Counted from the stretch's first letter, positions 36,600 through 50,852 are shown. The stretch: DNA of 64,000 nucleotides from Octopus sinensis (GCF_006345805.1 NC_043002.1:112654001-112718000), one strand, 5' to 3'. The notes: generated from the letters alone by a model not told the origin. Translations and numbers: made by a program.

Positions 36600-38850
36600 C
36601 AAATGAAACAAAAGGACTTAAAAAGTTGAGGACTTAAAATATAAATTTGTGTATCTTAAACGCCAGGTGCTGGATAGATGTTGCCAGACTTCTCAGATGC
36701 GTCTAAACTTCAACATAAACAATGCAAAATCTATAACAGAGATTGAGTCATTTACGTTGAACCAGTTGAACGCTATTGGAAGTATATATGGAAAAAAGAT
36801 ATAAGTTTAACAAGCTAGTTATACGCATGAAACAACAACAACAACAACAAGGTTACTGCAAACATGTTAGCAAAAAAGTACGAAATCAATAACAAAGTAC
36901 AAGAAACAATCCTGAAGAAAATAACAAACAGATATTGGATCAAGTAATTAAAATCTTATCCCGGATATCAGATCAAGTCGCTTACATATTATCACAGGGA
37001 TTTGATTACGCATTATGACAAGAATATTGGTTCTTCAGTAAAATTGTTATCTCCAAAATAGCCAAACTCCACCACCACTACCACCACCATCAAACTTAAA
37101 ATTATTACCGAATTATTTGTCAAAGCATCATTTGTAAAATATTCAATGGGTGACTTAATCTGTTCTTGTAGAATCATTGTACAACCAACAATATTTTATA
37201 ACCGAAAGAAACTAGTTGAAATAACGTAGGATAGGAGCTATAGAACAGCTACTAACCAAAGCAGCAACGAATCAACGAAATGATACAAGAAACAGTAAAG
37301 GAGCACAGAAATTTGGTTGTAATGTGGCAGGAATGTCAGAATAGCTTTGATAGTATATTACATTAGTGGGTTATCAAAGCATAGCATTAACCAGAATTCA
37401 ATAGCGTTGCTATTCAACAACCAACCGCAGACTTCGTACACTAATTTGCCTATTAGTGATGGTAAAAATAAATCAAATTTGAGACTATTAATAAAAAGGC
37501 ATCCTGCATGGCAGTAGCTTGGCAGCACCATGCTTTGTTCTCTCAGTAGCCGGGCTAACATATCAGCTCACGAAAATATAGTGTTTATTGAAATGAATTC
37601 ACTGAATCCAAAAACACCTCTCGCCTTTTCTTTGTAGTTGACCTGAAGCTGTACGGTCCAAGTATTAACTTCAACTTCATTAAAAAGCAATTTTATCTCA
37701 TTATCTTATTATTCCACCCACATTTGAATGAAATTTAATGAGTCCAAATGTCATAAGGAAAACTTCTACTCTGTCCCCAAAACAAACTAAACATGAATGG
37801 CTTAATATTACAGCCTTTAGATTCAGGTAAGAACTGAAATCCAAATCCATTAATAAGATGGTAAATAATGAACAGCTATATAGGACAAAGAAAATGTGAA
37901 CTTTCGATTTACAACGCCCGTTCCGACATCTACATTTCACTAAGTACAATTGGTGAAAACTCGCAAAGAGTTTAGTATTACTGAAAATCTCGGCATTATT
38001 GGGGATGTAGGCATATATTTTCCGCAGAAAGAGACGTCCATTGGCTTATAGGTGTTTTACCTCCTTGCGGGACCTGGATTGTATCACTGAAGCAACAATT
38101 TCAACAGGAAGAAAAGAAGCTTAAGTTAGCCAGCACGGAAATACAAACTTCATTAGACAAGTAAAGGAGCTTGAATGGAGACACGGAATAAATTCTTAGT
38201 CACCCTCCGAAAAATACTTGAAAGTCTTCACGCTAAATTGAAATGAAAAACAAAAATAGAGCGTGTCACTGAGAGGGTTCTACGCGCTTATTTGAAACAA
38301 GAAACATAGACCAAGGAGGAAACAGACCATGCGGAAAATAAACATGGCATGGAGTTTCTGATAGCTTTAAAATATCTCACCTCAAATCATGCTTTACAGG
38401 AGCAATAAATCTAAACAAAATGACCTTCTACAGAAAAGACACAATGCATAAATTAATGTGTTGGCTTTGTAAAACCTAAACTGAAGGTATTTCTACATCA
38501 TTGTCTTTGAGAAATGTCCTCTAGATATTAGTTCCCATAAGGCATGGTATGATAGCCAGAGCAATCTAAAGTAGAGTTTGAAAGAAAATAGACATCAAGT
38601 AAAGATGATTATAATAAGAGCGATGCATTAAAAATATATTGCTGGTCCTCAGAAAAAAAACCCTTTATTAAAACACAACTGACCTCGTATTCCTTAGGAT
38701 CATAAAATAAGAAAAAAATTATTCTCCGTTAATGTGGTAAGGAAATAATAGGTCAAACAAAACCTCTATGGGACATTAAGGGAGTATCTGTAAATTCAGT
38801 ACCCAAAACATACTTTCAGCTGTATATCCAACAATATTATAGCAGCAGGA
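36600..38850 (+). mobile_element. Ancient, heavily decayed R4/Dong-like retrotransposon
   Basis: Ordered motif remnants: RNLVVMW....SFDSILH*WVIKA (~37305-37380), I.KGI.HG.SL (~37490-37520), FFVVDLKLYG (~37628-37658), GQ.KC (~37880). Boundaries approximate. Confidence 0.6.
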
Positions 38851-39888
38851 TATTTACCAAAGAGTGACTGGACTTGAATTCTTGTATAGCTCTACAGGTT
38901 ATCACGGTTTCTGGGATAATCAATATCTGAAAGACCTTATAATTTAAAAAGTGAATGGTTACGCAGAAGATAACAGGAAGATTAATTATTATTCTCGGTG
39001 GATCAACTTGACTGATAATGTATTTTATAGTATGCACTTACGTGCGTGTATGCATGCTTATATATTGAATATTCTAGATCAAGGCTATATTGTAAAGGGC
39101 CGGTAGGTTTCAGGATGTACTTGATTTCGCGTTGCTCTGATCTACTCTGCGTACTTGCATACATAGCTACACTTATGCAGTTGTCAAAATTCCAATGAAA
39201 GTGTATTGATTCTCAGCTAGATACTGGATTATTTTCTATTGGTAAAGGATTCGAAACAATAAAACCAGAAAAACACCTTACAGGTATGTATACATGAACA
39301 ATAACCGTCCCATGCAGACGACTATGATATAGGAGCATGTACCAGGCTTTCACTAATCGTTTTTTAGATGATTCTTCTGTAGTCGCAGAACTCCAGCCCC
39401 TGACTCTTCAGTTGGGGTGTGTGATGGATAGCGTGAAAACCAGACCCGGCATCCGAGGCTGTTACTGGTCTTCAGCAGAATAGATTAGAGCAACGCGAAA
39501 TCAAGTGAATCCTGAAACCTACAAGTCCTTTATTATTGCTTTGGTCTAGAATATTCAACTCCTGACAATAAACGTCCCATATTCGATGTATATTGGCCAT
39601 TTCTATACCTGACAGAGCCCATCCTTCTGACAACAACCGGTTTCTTTGAGAGAGGAAACAATCTTCAAAATAGAGTGAACTTCGGCTATATTGGAACCCA
39701 GAGAGCAATTACCGAAGGCAATATATTCGATGCTCTTACAGTTCAACCACATTGACATCTGGTTCATATTACACACATAGATACCAAACTTACTGGAAAT
39801 TCTGCTAATCGGTTCGGCGTATTTCAAATCGCATTTATACATCTGCTTTTAGACCATCTAAGAAGTTAAAAATAAATATTATTTCAGT

Positions 39889-40183
39889 GCACCATCCGAT
39901 CGTGGCCGTTTGCCAGCCTCGTCTGGCCTCCGTGCCGGTGGCACGTAAAAAGCACCATCCGACCGTGGCCGTTTGTCAGACCTGTCTGGCACCTGTGCAG
40001 GTGGCATGTAAAAAGCACCCACTACACTCATGGAGTGGTTGGCGTTAGGAAGGGCATCCAGCTGCAGAAACATTGCCAGATCAGACTGGAGCCTGGTGCA
40101 GCCTTCTGGCTTCCCAGACCCCAGTTGCACCGTCCAAACCATGCCAGCATGGAAAGCGGACGCTAAACGATGATGATGATGAT
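39889..40183 (+). mobile_element. 5'-truncated SINE (family C) with (GAT)n tail and an internal 63-bp tandem duplication
   Basis: GGAGTGGTTGGCGTTAGGAAGGGCATCCAGC...CCATGCCAGCATGGAAAGCGGACGCTAAACGATGATGATG; repeat units 39889-39951 and 39952-40014. Confidence 0.75.
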
Positions 40184-40217
40184 GAGTGTGCGTCTTATAG
40201 TAGTAGTAGTAGTAGTA

Positions 40218-40256
<39 letters not shown>

Positions 40257-40399
40257 CTGTTGTTGTTGTTGTCGCTAATTTCTGTCAGCTTAGATTTTTC
40301 GACGCTAAAGAAAATACATTTCTTTCTATTGTGGAACGAAACAATTTGGCAACGATAAATCAGAAAAGAGACGTTGAAATTCTCTGCATGGCCATCTGA

Positions 40400-41152
40400 A
40401 AGCGGTTATATATAGGTGTGTGTGTGTGTATATATATATATATGTATGTATATGTGTGTGTGTGTATTTATATATATATATGTATGTATATATATATAAT
40501 ATACATACACACATATATATATACTTATATATATATATGTATATATATATATGTATATATACATGCATATATAAAATATAAACACACATATATTCATATA
40601 CACATAGAAGTACACATATATACGTATGTCATACGCGTGTGTATGAGAGAGAGGGGAGGGTAAAATAAGTGAGAATGAGTGAGATAGAGAGAGAGAGAGA
40701 GAGAGATTATGTGTGTATCGATATGTTTGTGTGAGTATGCGCGTATGTAAATATGTGTATGTGTGGTATTTGTAAAAAGGATAACTCCACAGAGACCTTC
40801 GCAGATAACGGTATTCATTGACCGCAAAACATCTAAGCAAATGATAAAGGACTTCATGCTAATAACGCAGGGCCAAAATCATCTTTGTGTACATCCATGT
40901 ATACAACTATGTGTGTATTTTATATATGTAAGTATATACATACACACAAACATATATATATATATACACGCACATACATATATACACACAAACATATATA
41001 TATATATATACACGCACATACATACATACACACAAACATATATATATATATATAAATATAAATATATATATACGCACATACATACATACACACAAACATA
41101 TATATATATATATAAATATATACACGCACATACATACATATACACAAACATA

Positions 41153-41185
<33 letters not shown>
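40400..41185. repeat. TA/CA/TG compound microsatellites, including a higher-order ~40-60-bp unit at ~40935-41160
   Basis: Directly visible. Confidence 0.9.
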
Positions 41186-41701
41186 TTTTTCAATCTGCTT
41201 CAAAAGCGCTGCTATCTGCTATGTAAATTATTCCACATCGGTACGTTTGCATAATTAGCTTTTGAAAGTCTCAGAACAGTTGGACAGCTTTTTAAACTAA
41301 TCATAAAAGGAGGAGTATATTTATCAATTTTAAATGTGTTCGGTGTTTTCGTTGAGTTTCTCACATTCTCCTTCTTGTTACTAAAGAACAACAACAACAA
41401 CAAAAACAACTACGACGACTATAATCATCATCATCATCATCAACATCATCATCAGCAGCAGCAGCCGTTCAAGAATTTGGACCCGGAGATCTCCATTTCC
41501 AGCGACTTCGAGGGTCACCTCCCAGTGGTGTCGGGAGTCAACGAAGAGCCCTCGACTACAACAAGACGACCAAAGTTTTTTTTCCAAGGTCTGAGGTCTC
41601 CCGCCCCTAAGCCCTAGACCATCACCTAATCCCCCTTATCCGTCTTGTTGCTTAACAACAACAACAGCAGCAGCGGCAGCAGCAGCAGCGGCAGCAGCAG
41701 C

Positions 41702-41738
<37 letters not shown>

Positions 41739-41739
41739 T

Positions 41740-41807
<68 letters not shown>

Positions 41808-41869
41808 TAGTAGTAGTAGTAGTAGTAGTAGCAGCAGCAGCACCAGGAGCAGCAGCAATAGCAGTGCTG

Positions 41870-43900
41870 AGGTTTCGGCGAAGAAAGAAGTGACTGGCTT
41901 TATATACCGATCAGGCAATGACCCGCCGCTGCCTCAGTAACACTGTCAGGCTAGAGATTTCTGGAGGTCGTGTATATTCCCCAGGCCATCCAGTTGCTCT
42001 TCGTCGATGCCTAGAATGTCGTCTGCTCCAGAATGAGTCAACTTTGACTTTCATCTTTTTCGGTCCTGTGGTTATAAACAATTACTATTATCATTAAGGG
42101 TTCACGTACTAAAACAAGGGGGATTGAAAGTAGTTCGATGGGCTCGGATGGCGGAGGCCCGACGTGGCCACAAAGCCACAATTCGTGATAAACCAGGATA
42201 GGCGATTGCAAGTCCGTCCCAAGCAAATGTAGCTGGCTTTCCAGCAACACCTTACTCCATTATTTTGAGCGACGGATAAGTTGCAGATGGTAATGGCCCT
42301 TTGCGCCTACCTCAACGGCTTGTCGCAACTCTCATTTTATTTGAACTGTCACCTCATACGATACCTCATGGAGAGAAAGCAAACTAGACCAAGGGGCCGT
42401 AAAAAACAATCTGGATCAGTCGATTCCTTTCCATAGAATCGCTAATTAGCTGCTTTCAGTTTCATTTTCAGAAGCCGAATCGTAGTAATCAACAGACAAT
42501 GGCACGTGTTTGTTGGTCGGAGCATAACGCTCTCGATCCTTCAGGTGCCTCCTCTTTCGTGTCCTCAATTCGTACCGCATTCGAGCCATTGTTGTGAAAG
42601 TTAAAACTGTTTGGTGGCATTCTTTTCGAGCTGATATATGTGGTCGATGTCAACGTAATGTTGTCGATAGGAGCAAAACAACCTAAACAAGTTAGTGAGC
42701 TTGTAGTTCAGCATCTTGGCAGGTAAATCCACGCCGTCAGACAGCGTAGTGATTTCCGGATAGAGAGTCTGGTTAAATTGCTCGGTGTTTCGTTCAGTTC
42801 CGATGTCCAAGTGGACTGCAACTAGGAAGAGTTTATGAACAGAGTAATCAACTTCACTCAGAATTGGGCTATAGGGGAGCTATTTTAAAAGGTTGAGTCG
42901 AGGTGGTGAATACCTACATTACTTCCGTCATGCCTTTACCCAGTTCTCGTCAGACCAGATTAGAGCATCTACTTTTCTGCTTCGTTTGGAACGGACGAGT
43001 TCCAGTGGTGGGGCGGTATATCTGTTGCCAGTGCTCTCTGAAAGCTGGGCTCAAAATTCCATGGCCACTGATGTACAGACACCCGCTAAGTCTGCACCAC
43101 TTACTACAGAGGTTCCTGAGCGGTGAGTAGTATGATCTTTGTTTGTATGGTGGGCTTTCCTGTAGTTCGTCTGTCCAGACAGAGTTGCAGTCCTGAGTTA
43201 AGAAAAGACTAAGATTAAGCACCTGGTATATAGAATGTTGTCTACCAATCGGGGAAATATGATAGATAGAAGTTCCAATGCATAGGTAAGAACGATGCCA
43301 TTCTCTAAAAAACATTTGGCTTTGACGAGGCTGAACTGAATGGTCTGATCCGGAGGTCTTTTTGACTGGGGTCTTGGCAGTAGCACCGAGTAGTACGCAG
43401 AGCGATGAAACCGCGCTTCGTTTGCCTGCATAGTTTCACTCTTAATAACAAGTGTGCCATAAAATGCACTGGCCTAAACACAGTGAAATCGAATTGATGA
43501 GGAATTGGCTTCGTATTCAAGTGGTACTTCTTTTTACTTTGTCTGGAGAAAACGACAATGTCAATGACTTTTTCAGGTCGTTTCTATGCTGATAACGGGT
43601 ACCTTTTGATGAATTGCAAGTGAAATCAGCGGAAGAGATATGAACAGAAAAGAAATAACAGGAGGACGAAGTTCTGGTCAGGAAGGACTAGATGTATTGG
43701 TTTGTGCAATATTTGGATGGGTTGGACACAACTAGCGAGATGACTAGAGGAGAGACAAGTGGGTAGGAATTGCTTAAGTCGAGGTAGCAGGAGCCCAAGT
43801 ATTTCCAAAGAGCAAAGACCGGCATAGTAACAGCAGAAAAGGAAAAGGGCCAAAGCTCATCTGCGAGCCTCAGCTGAGCCTTGTGGGACATCAACACTTC
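41870..43900 (+). mobile_element. L1/Tx1-clade LINE fragment: RT C-terminal part and downstream domain, degenerate
   Basis: VKLLGVSFSSDVQVDCN*EE (~42770-42830) and VNTYITSV..LP....LEHLLFCFVWNGRVPVV....C....GLKIP (42903..43130) are typical L1/Tx1 post-RT motifs. Boundaries approximate. Confidence 0.75.
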
Positions 43901-44519
43901 ATCAATAATTGTAGAGAGATGAAATATATATACTGCAGTCATTTAATCATATCATTTCACTCTGAGTTTGTAGCTCCATGTTTCATCCAACGTTAAAATT
44001 CATTACTAGTAACAGTAAAGTGCCTGATTAGGTGGTCGACAATATTTGAGTGAGGCTCTCAGTTCAAACTGTGCTGGAATAAGCATAAAATTTTCTCCTA
44101 TTGGCAGTAAATAATATTGACTGGGCTAAAATTGCGATCGAAATCAAAAGACTCTAATTTATGGGTAAGTGCCAAGGCTTGCAACGCTTAATACTATATT
44201 TGTCGTTGCATTTATATATTTATTGTGCAATCACCACCAACATCATCATCTTCATCATCATTATCAAAGCCACCATGATATGAAATTATATAAATTTTGT
44301 ATTACATCAACATTTGAAAAATAAAATAAAGACAAGCTCTGTTTTCATTGATATTATGTATTTTTGATCATGTATAATATTTGCCAAAAGGGAAATTGGA
44401 TTCCGGTTAGTGAGCGGACTTTACAAAAATATGGTTATTTGTACACTTTCGGTGTGTATTGCATATATATAAAGTTATCAACACACACACACGCACATAT
44501 ATATATATGTGAATGTGTG

Positions 44520-44554
<35 letters not shown>

Positions 44555-44583
44555 TGTGTGTGTGTGTGTGTGTATATACGTAA

Positions 44584-44630
<47 letters not shown>

Positions 44631-44891
44631 TATACATAAATGTGTGAATGTATATGTGTGTATATATATCGTTTTTACATGTGGACATGCCGCTTTGTTC
44701 AGATAATACATCTGTGCGTATATTCATGTATATATATATATACATGTATGTATGTATGTATGTATGCATATATATATGTGTGTGTATATATATATATGTA
44801 TATATATTTATATATATATATATATATCCTATTTATTCTAAACTGAAACTTCATAATTACTTGTATACATGTGTTTTATTTGTACATGTGC

Positions 44892-44922
<31 letters not shown>

Positions 44923-44942
44923 GGCATACACACACACACACA

Positions 44943-44980
<38 letters not shown>

Positions 44981-45651
44981 TATGTATGTATGCATGCTGT
45001 TATATACAACCAATATAGTTATGATGCTATATATTTCTCCTCTTCCCAATAACCCAAAAGCATTTTTGCTTTTCTGTTTTACTATATTTGTGTCTATATG
45101 TGTCTGTGTATAAACATATTTTTTTAGTGTATAAATAACATCATACTTTGTTGTGTCGTTATTTCAAAGAAAATGATAACAGTTCAAGGATAATAGACAA
45201 ATTCCACCTCATCGGAAATTAAACTCAGGTTCAAAGAAGTGAAATTAGACACTCTTACGTCATTAAACCAATTGTGGATTGTCTATTAAGCTTTTGCCTG
45301 CTCTGCGTATCACATGTGATGCTCAGGACATAATGCCTTGCTGTCCTGTATCATATATGACGCACGTTTCCATTTTTTTTTAAACCGCTCGAGTAACTTG
45401 GGGCTTATAAAAGGAAAGGCTATATTTCTCAGAACGTACAAGAGCTATCTAAAAATTTGAAACCAAGTACGGATGTTTAGGACAAATTTATGAAAATGCT
45501 TTGGGAAGGTTCCTGATTAAAAATATTCTACAAATTATTTATCATTTATGCGAATATTAATAAAAATAATGCTATCTAACATAAGCATATGGCTGGAATA
45601 TGTTCTGAGAGAATTAAATACTTGACTGGCATATATTTCGTCTGGTATTTG

Positions 45652-45976
45652 GATGGAAGCACTCCCTCGGTTACGACGACGAGGAATCCGGTTGATCCGA
45701 ATCAACGGAACAGTCTGCTCGTGAAATTAACGTGTAAGTAGCTGAGCACTCCACAGACACGTGTACTCTTAACGTAGTTCTCGGGGATATTCAGCGTGAC
45801 ACAGAGAGTGACAAGGTCGGCCCTTTGAAATACAGGTACAACAGAAACAGGAAGTAAGAGTGAGAGAAAGTTGTGGTGAAAGAGTACAGCAGGGATCACC
45901 ACCATCCCTTGCCGGAGCCTCGTGGAGCTTTAGGTGTTTTCGCTCAATAAACACTCACAACGCCCGGTCTGGGAAT
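45652..45976 (-). mobile_element. SINE family B, 5'-truncated within the tRNA head
   Basis: Consensus match up to CCGGTCTGGGAATC. Confidence 0.92.
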
Positions 45977-46211
45977 CTCACATTCTAACATTCTCACACG
46001 ACATGTCTGAGTGGTTCCAAGCGGAGAGGGGCATGTTTTGGCGTCATTGTCTTTTTGTTCTGTTGTAGTTGGTAAATCTCGTGGGCAGTGTGTTTTGTTC
46101 TTTTTGTTACTGTTACTTCCACTGTTGGTGCTGCTCTCGTCGTTGTTGTTGTTATTGCTGCTGTTACTGTTGTTGTTGTTGTGTTGTTGTTGTTGTTGTT
46201 GCTGCTGCTGT

Positions 46212-46264
<53 letters not shown>

Positions 46265-46858
46265 ATGATATGATGATGATGATGATGATGATGGGGATGT
46301 TTCTGCTACTGTTACAGCTACTTTCACAGAGTGATCATGTCCGGGATGATTTCCATACTACTTTGGTCCGTTTGGACCAGTAACTCCATCCCTTAGTCTA
46401 ATTATGCTTTTCTGTAGCCTCTGGAACTGCGATATATTGGTTTTTGCTTTTTATGTTTAAGAAAACAGCTGTTGATGTTTACTTCTAGGACCACATCAAA
46501 CACTTTTATTCTCACTACTTCTCAACCCAGTTCGTCACATTTTTGTTTTAACGTAGATTACTTCTTGGCCCCGTCCTCTGCCGTGCTTTTTTTTCTTCGT
46601 AGAGAGGTTCATTTTGATGACATCATTGAGGCAATTTCATGTTTGTTATGTTGCTCTCTCTATTTTCCAACTTCCATTCCTATGTATTTGTAAATAATAG
46701 TTTTAAGATTAGTTTCTTGCTGGATAGATTTTGCTATATCTGTGCTATGCTTTGATTAGACATTATTAGCATTTTTAAAATCCTGGGTGGATAAAAAATG
46801 TCTTCTTTCTGTCATACAGCATTCGCGAACCCATTAGAAGTTGATTTCTTAATCACGT

Positions 46859-47087
46859 TACTCTTACTCTTTTACTCTTTTACTTGTTTCAGTCATTTGA
46901 CTGCGGCCATGCTGGAGCACCGCCTTTAGTCGAGCAAATCGACCCCAGGACTTATTCTTTGTAAGCCCAGTACTTATTCTATCGGTCTCTTTTGCCGAAT
47001 CGCTAAGTGACGGGGACGTAAACACACCAGCATCGGTTGTCAAGCAATGCTAGGGGGACAAACACAGACACACAAACACACACATAT

Positions 47088-47139
<52 letters not shown>

Positions 47140-47321
47140 ATATATATATACATATATACGACAAGCTTCTTTCAGTTTCCGTCTACCAAATCCACTCACA
47201 AGGCATTGGTCGGCCCGGGGCTATAGCAGAAGACACTTGCCCAAGATGCCACGCAGTGGGACTGAACCCGGAACCATGTGGCTGGTTAGCAAGCTACTTA
47301 CCACACAGCCACTCCTGCGCC
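46859..47321 (-). mobile_element. SINE family A, full length, long internal (TA)n
   Basis: Consensus match. Confidence 0.94.
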
Positions 47322-47929
47322 TATATACGTTGTTTCTTTTTTTTATTGAGTTGGTGTTAATGTGTGGTAGTGACAGAGTTGATAGTTATCGTTGTATGTT
47401 GGAATTCGCTTATCTGTTTAATACGGAAGTTTAAGTTGTCGTCTTTCTATTTCTCATTCTCATTGCTATCGTTGTTTGGTCGGCTCCAGTAGAGGTGGTC
47501 ATGGTGGAGGTGTGCTTTGGTTTAGTATGAAGAAGGCAGCGTTAAGACAAGTATTTCAATCTATAATCTCATTTCCCTCTCTTTCCGCCAAATAATCTGG
47601 CGCCATGCTTTTTTAAAATATTTAAAAGAGAATAAGTAATTTTCTTGAGTTTTAAAAGACAGTAAAAATGAAACAGAACTTACGAGGGAATATGGAAAAG
47701 TCGAATACATTCAGAACTAAGGTAAACTGTCATTTCTCTCCTATGAAATTGCAGAAGAAAAAATAAGTGTAGATTTCTTCAACCACATCAAACTTACCAC
47801 TTACACCATGTTTTACTAATACGAGGTGGGGAGGGAGCTTCTACATGATCACTCGGTCAACAAGAAATAACAATCAAATGTCTCTTAAATCACACGCTAT
47901 TGGCTTAAAACAAAATACAGATTACGCCT

Positions 47930-49130
47930 TCAGATTTTTATATACTGCTCCTTACTAGATCTAATAGATCCTACTTTAATTTTTCTCTTTAACAAGTTCC
48001 CCTACTTATTGTTTAAAATTGCATCTCGATTACCTATTAAAAAGTTGACAAAACAGCAACAGCAACAATCTTTAAGAAAAAGTGCTTGACGGCAGTACGT
48101 CTTTCTCAGCCCTCACATTATTTTTCTTGAAATAATGGTGAATGATTAACCAGAGAGAAACAATACAATCCTCAGTCCTTTACTTCACACAGATAAGAAA
48201 TGATAGATTATATGTCCTTCAATTGAAACTGGTTAGAGACAATCTTCACGATGAACACGACTGACAGCTACATCTACCTAACAAGTGATACAATTGTTTG
48301 ACAAAACCTCCTCTCCCCAGTTGGGAGAACTGTGCAAAGGCATTAAAAGTACATCAGCTATGGACAAAGTGTCACTCGGAAACCGTAGACATCGGTCTGA
48401 AATCAGCTTGTACGTGTTGAAAACCTGACTGTGACATTGCTGCTATAGTGACCTCTGACATTCTACTAAAATTTTTTCTCTTCTCTTGTCTAAGAGCTCC
48501 CACTTTAGTTCTGACAACGTAACCTTCGTGTTTTACATAAATGAAATCGTTCAGGCACATTAATTGTGATTGCAATTCGCCTGAGAAGCTTTTCCTGATA
48601 ACCACTTCATTTTTCATCTACTAGCTCACCAAAACTATTCCTTACTTAGTCTAATGGGTTCTACTTTAATTCTTCTCTTTAACAAGACCCACAACTCATT
48701 GTTTAGAATTACTGTAGTATTTTTGTACTGGGAATGACGTATCAATTTCCAGTAATTTGGTCACTTTGTAGATACAGTAGGTGCATATCACAAGCTTTTG
48801 TTTTATTTAGCAAGCCAACCAGAATTATGAACAACCTATCGTATCCTATTCACCATCTTAATAAAATCTATCTAGATACAACTTATGTGTCTCATTGCAT
48901 TTATCCGAGTCAACATTCAAATCCATTCAACATATGAAGCAGTCTAAGCAAGTTCGAGGGGATGAAACAGTAAGGAGTGGAATGTTCCTAGCAAATTACC
49001 AGTCGACAAAAGAACCTTAGCAGGCACATCTACTTCGCCGCTCCGAAAAGTATCCATAAAAGTCGCTGAACAACACTGGTAATTAAAAAACAGTTGCGGA
49101 AAATGATGGCTGATACAGAAATGAAGCATT
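47930..49130 (-). mobile_element. Old L1/Tx1 relic (EN end and linker) with an internally duplicated segment
   Basis: KHEGYVVRTKVGALRQE (48372..48617) is homologous to KHEGCAVRARMCALRME at ~4720-4770; YLDRF-encoding TATCTAGATAGATTTT near 48870; diverged direct repeat at ~47950-48020 and ~48640-48710. Confidence 0.65.
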
Positions 49131-49186
49131 AGTTTATTGTTTAAATGTCATTGCTCTTTTTTCCAGTATAGGTTGTGTACCACTAA

Positions 49187-49590
49187 TACTCTTTTACTCT
49201 TTTATGTGTTTCAGTCATTTGACTGCGGCCATGCTGGAGCACCGCCTTTTAGTCGAGCAAATCGACCCCGGGACTTATTCTTTGTAAGCCCAGTACTTAT
49301 TCTATCGGTCTCCTTTGCCGAACCGCTAATTGACGGGGACGTAAACACACCAGCATCGGTTGTCAAGCAATGCTAGGGGGACAAACACAGACACACAAAC
49401 ACATATATATATATATATATATATACATATATACGACAGGCTTCTTTCAGTTTCCGTCTACCAAATCCACTCACAAGGCATTGGTCAGCCCGGGGCTATA
49501 GCAGAAGACACTAGCCCAAGATGCCACGCAGTGGGACTGAACCCAGAACCATGTGGTTGATTAGCAAGCTACTTACCACACAGCCACTCC
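49187..49590 (-). mobile_element. SINE family A, slightly 5'-truncated
   Basis: Consensus match. Confidence 0.93.
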
Positions 49591-49966
49591 TCACACTAAA
49601 CGCGGATTGGCCACCACTTTTAAACATACAATCGGGAAGAGGTATATTCAACCAGGTATATTCAGCCAAAATCAAAGACTTACAGACAATGATAGTGTCA
49701 ACGATAGAATTCAGCGCTATATCACAATTCGAATACGAAAATTGTGCTTAATGCATAACATCTAAACAATTGTACCAAAATTATGACACTGAAAATATAT
49801 AACTGTATTTTACTCTTCAGTTCTCGCAAATAAGCAGATGTTTACTGTACTGCTACATTCTACTTCTAAAATGAGACTGACACAACATGTACATATGGAA
49901 GGAAACTAGCCTGAATCAGAAAGGCCCTCTGGTCCGAACAGATTACTCTCTCTCTCTCTCTCTCTC

Positions 49967-50376
49967 TTTTACTCTTTTACTCTTTTACTTGTTTCAGTCA
50001 TTTGACTGCGGCCATACTGGAGTACCGCCTTTAGTCGAGCAAATCGACCCCAGGACTTATTCTTTGGAAGCCCAGTACTTATTCTATCGGTCTCTTTTGC
50101 CGAACCGCTAAGTGACGGGGACATAAACACACCAGCATCGGTTGTCAAGCAATGCTTGGGGGCAAACATGCACACCACACACACACACACATATATATAT
50201 ATATACATATATACGACAGGCTTCTTTCAGTTTCCGTCTACCAAATCCACTCACAAGGCTTTGGTCGGCCCGGGGCTATAGCAGAAGAGACTTGCCCAAG
50301 ATGCGACGCAGTGGGACTGAACCCGGAACCATGTGGTTGGTAAACAAGCTACTTACCACACAGCCATTCCTGCGCC
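49967..50376 (-). mobile_element. SINE family A, full length
   Basis: Consensus match. Confidence 0.93.
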
Positions 50377-50852
50377 TATACGCAGGATCAGGTTATTTAA
50401 CATGATCAATTCTTCAACTAAAAGCAGACAATATGTTAGATACAAAATACAGAAATAATCAGTGACTCCGATTTTAGTCACACAATTCTAGTGCAAGTCT
50501 TGGGTACCATTTCACTTTCCCTTAACTGTAATGAATGCGATAACCCCAGGAAAGTCTCCGGATTTTCGAAGATGTCACAGTCGTTCACTTCACTGGTGGA
50601 GAGAGAGAGCATAAAAGAGGAGTTGTATATACGCTGTAGTAACAATAGGATACAGGTGAGCTATCAATGAGTCGGTGTGCACGCGATAACGCTATTATAT
50701 AAATTACAGTCGAAATCCCATTCAAATACATCGAGTTTCGTCTTAACAGAAGAGCACAATAAGCTATTTACCAAGGTGGCTGTCGGAAACACACACTGAG
50801 GCACACATATAAATATGTCTGAGTATATGTGTGCGCGCGTGCGTGCATATGT

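Noticed and set aside
39000-39870. Complex unique sequence suspected to be an LTR-retrotransposon relic (also 59060-59440)
   Set aside because: No RT, integrase or protease motif could be read in any frame by eye.
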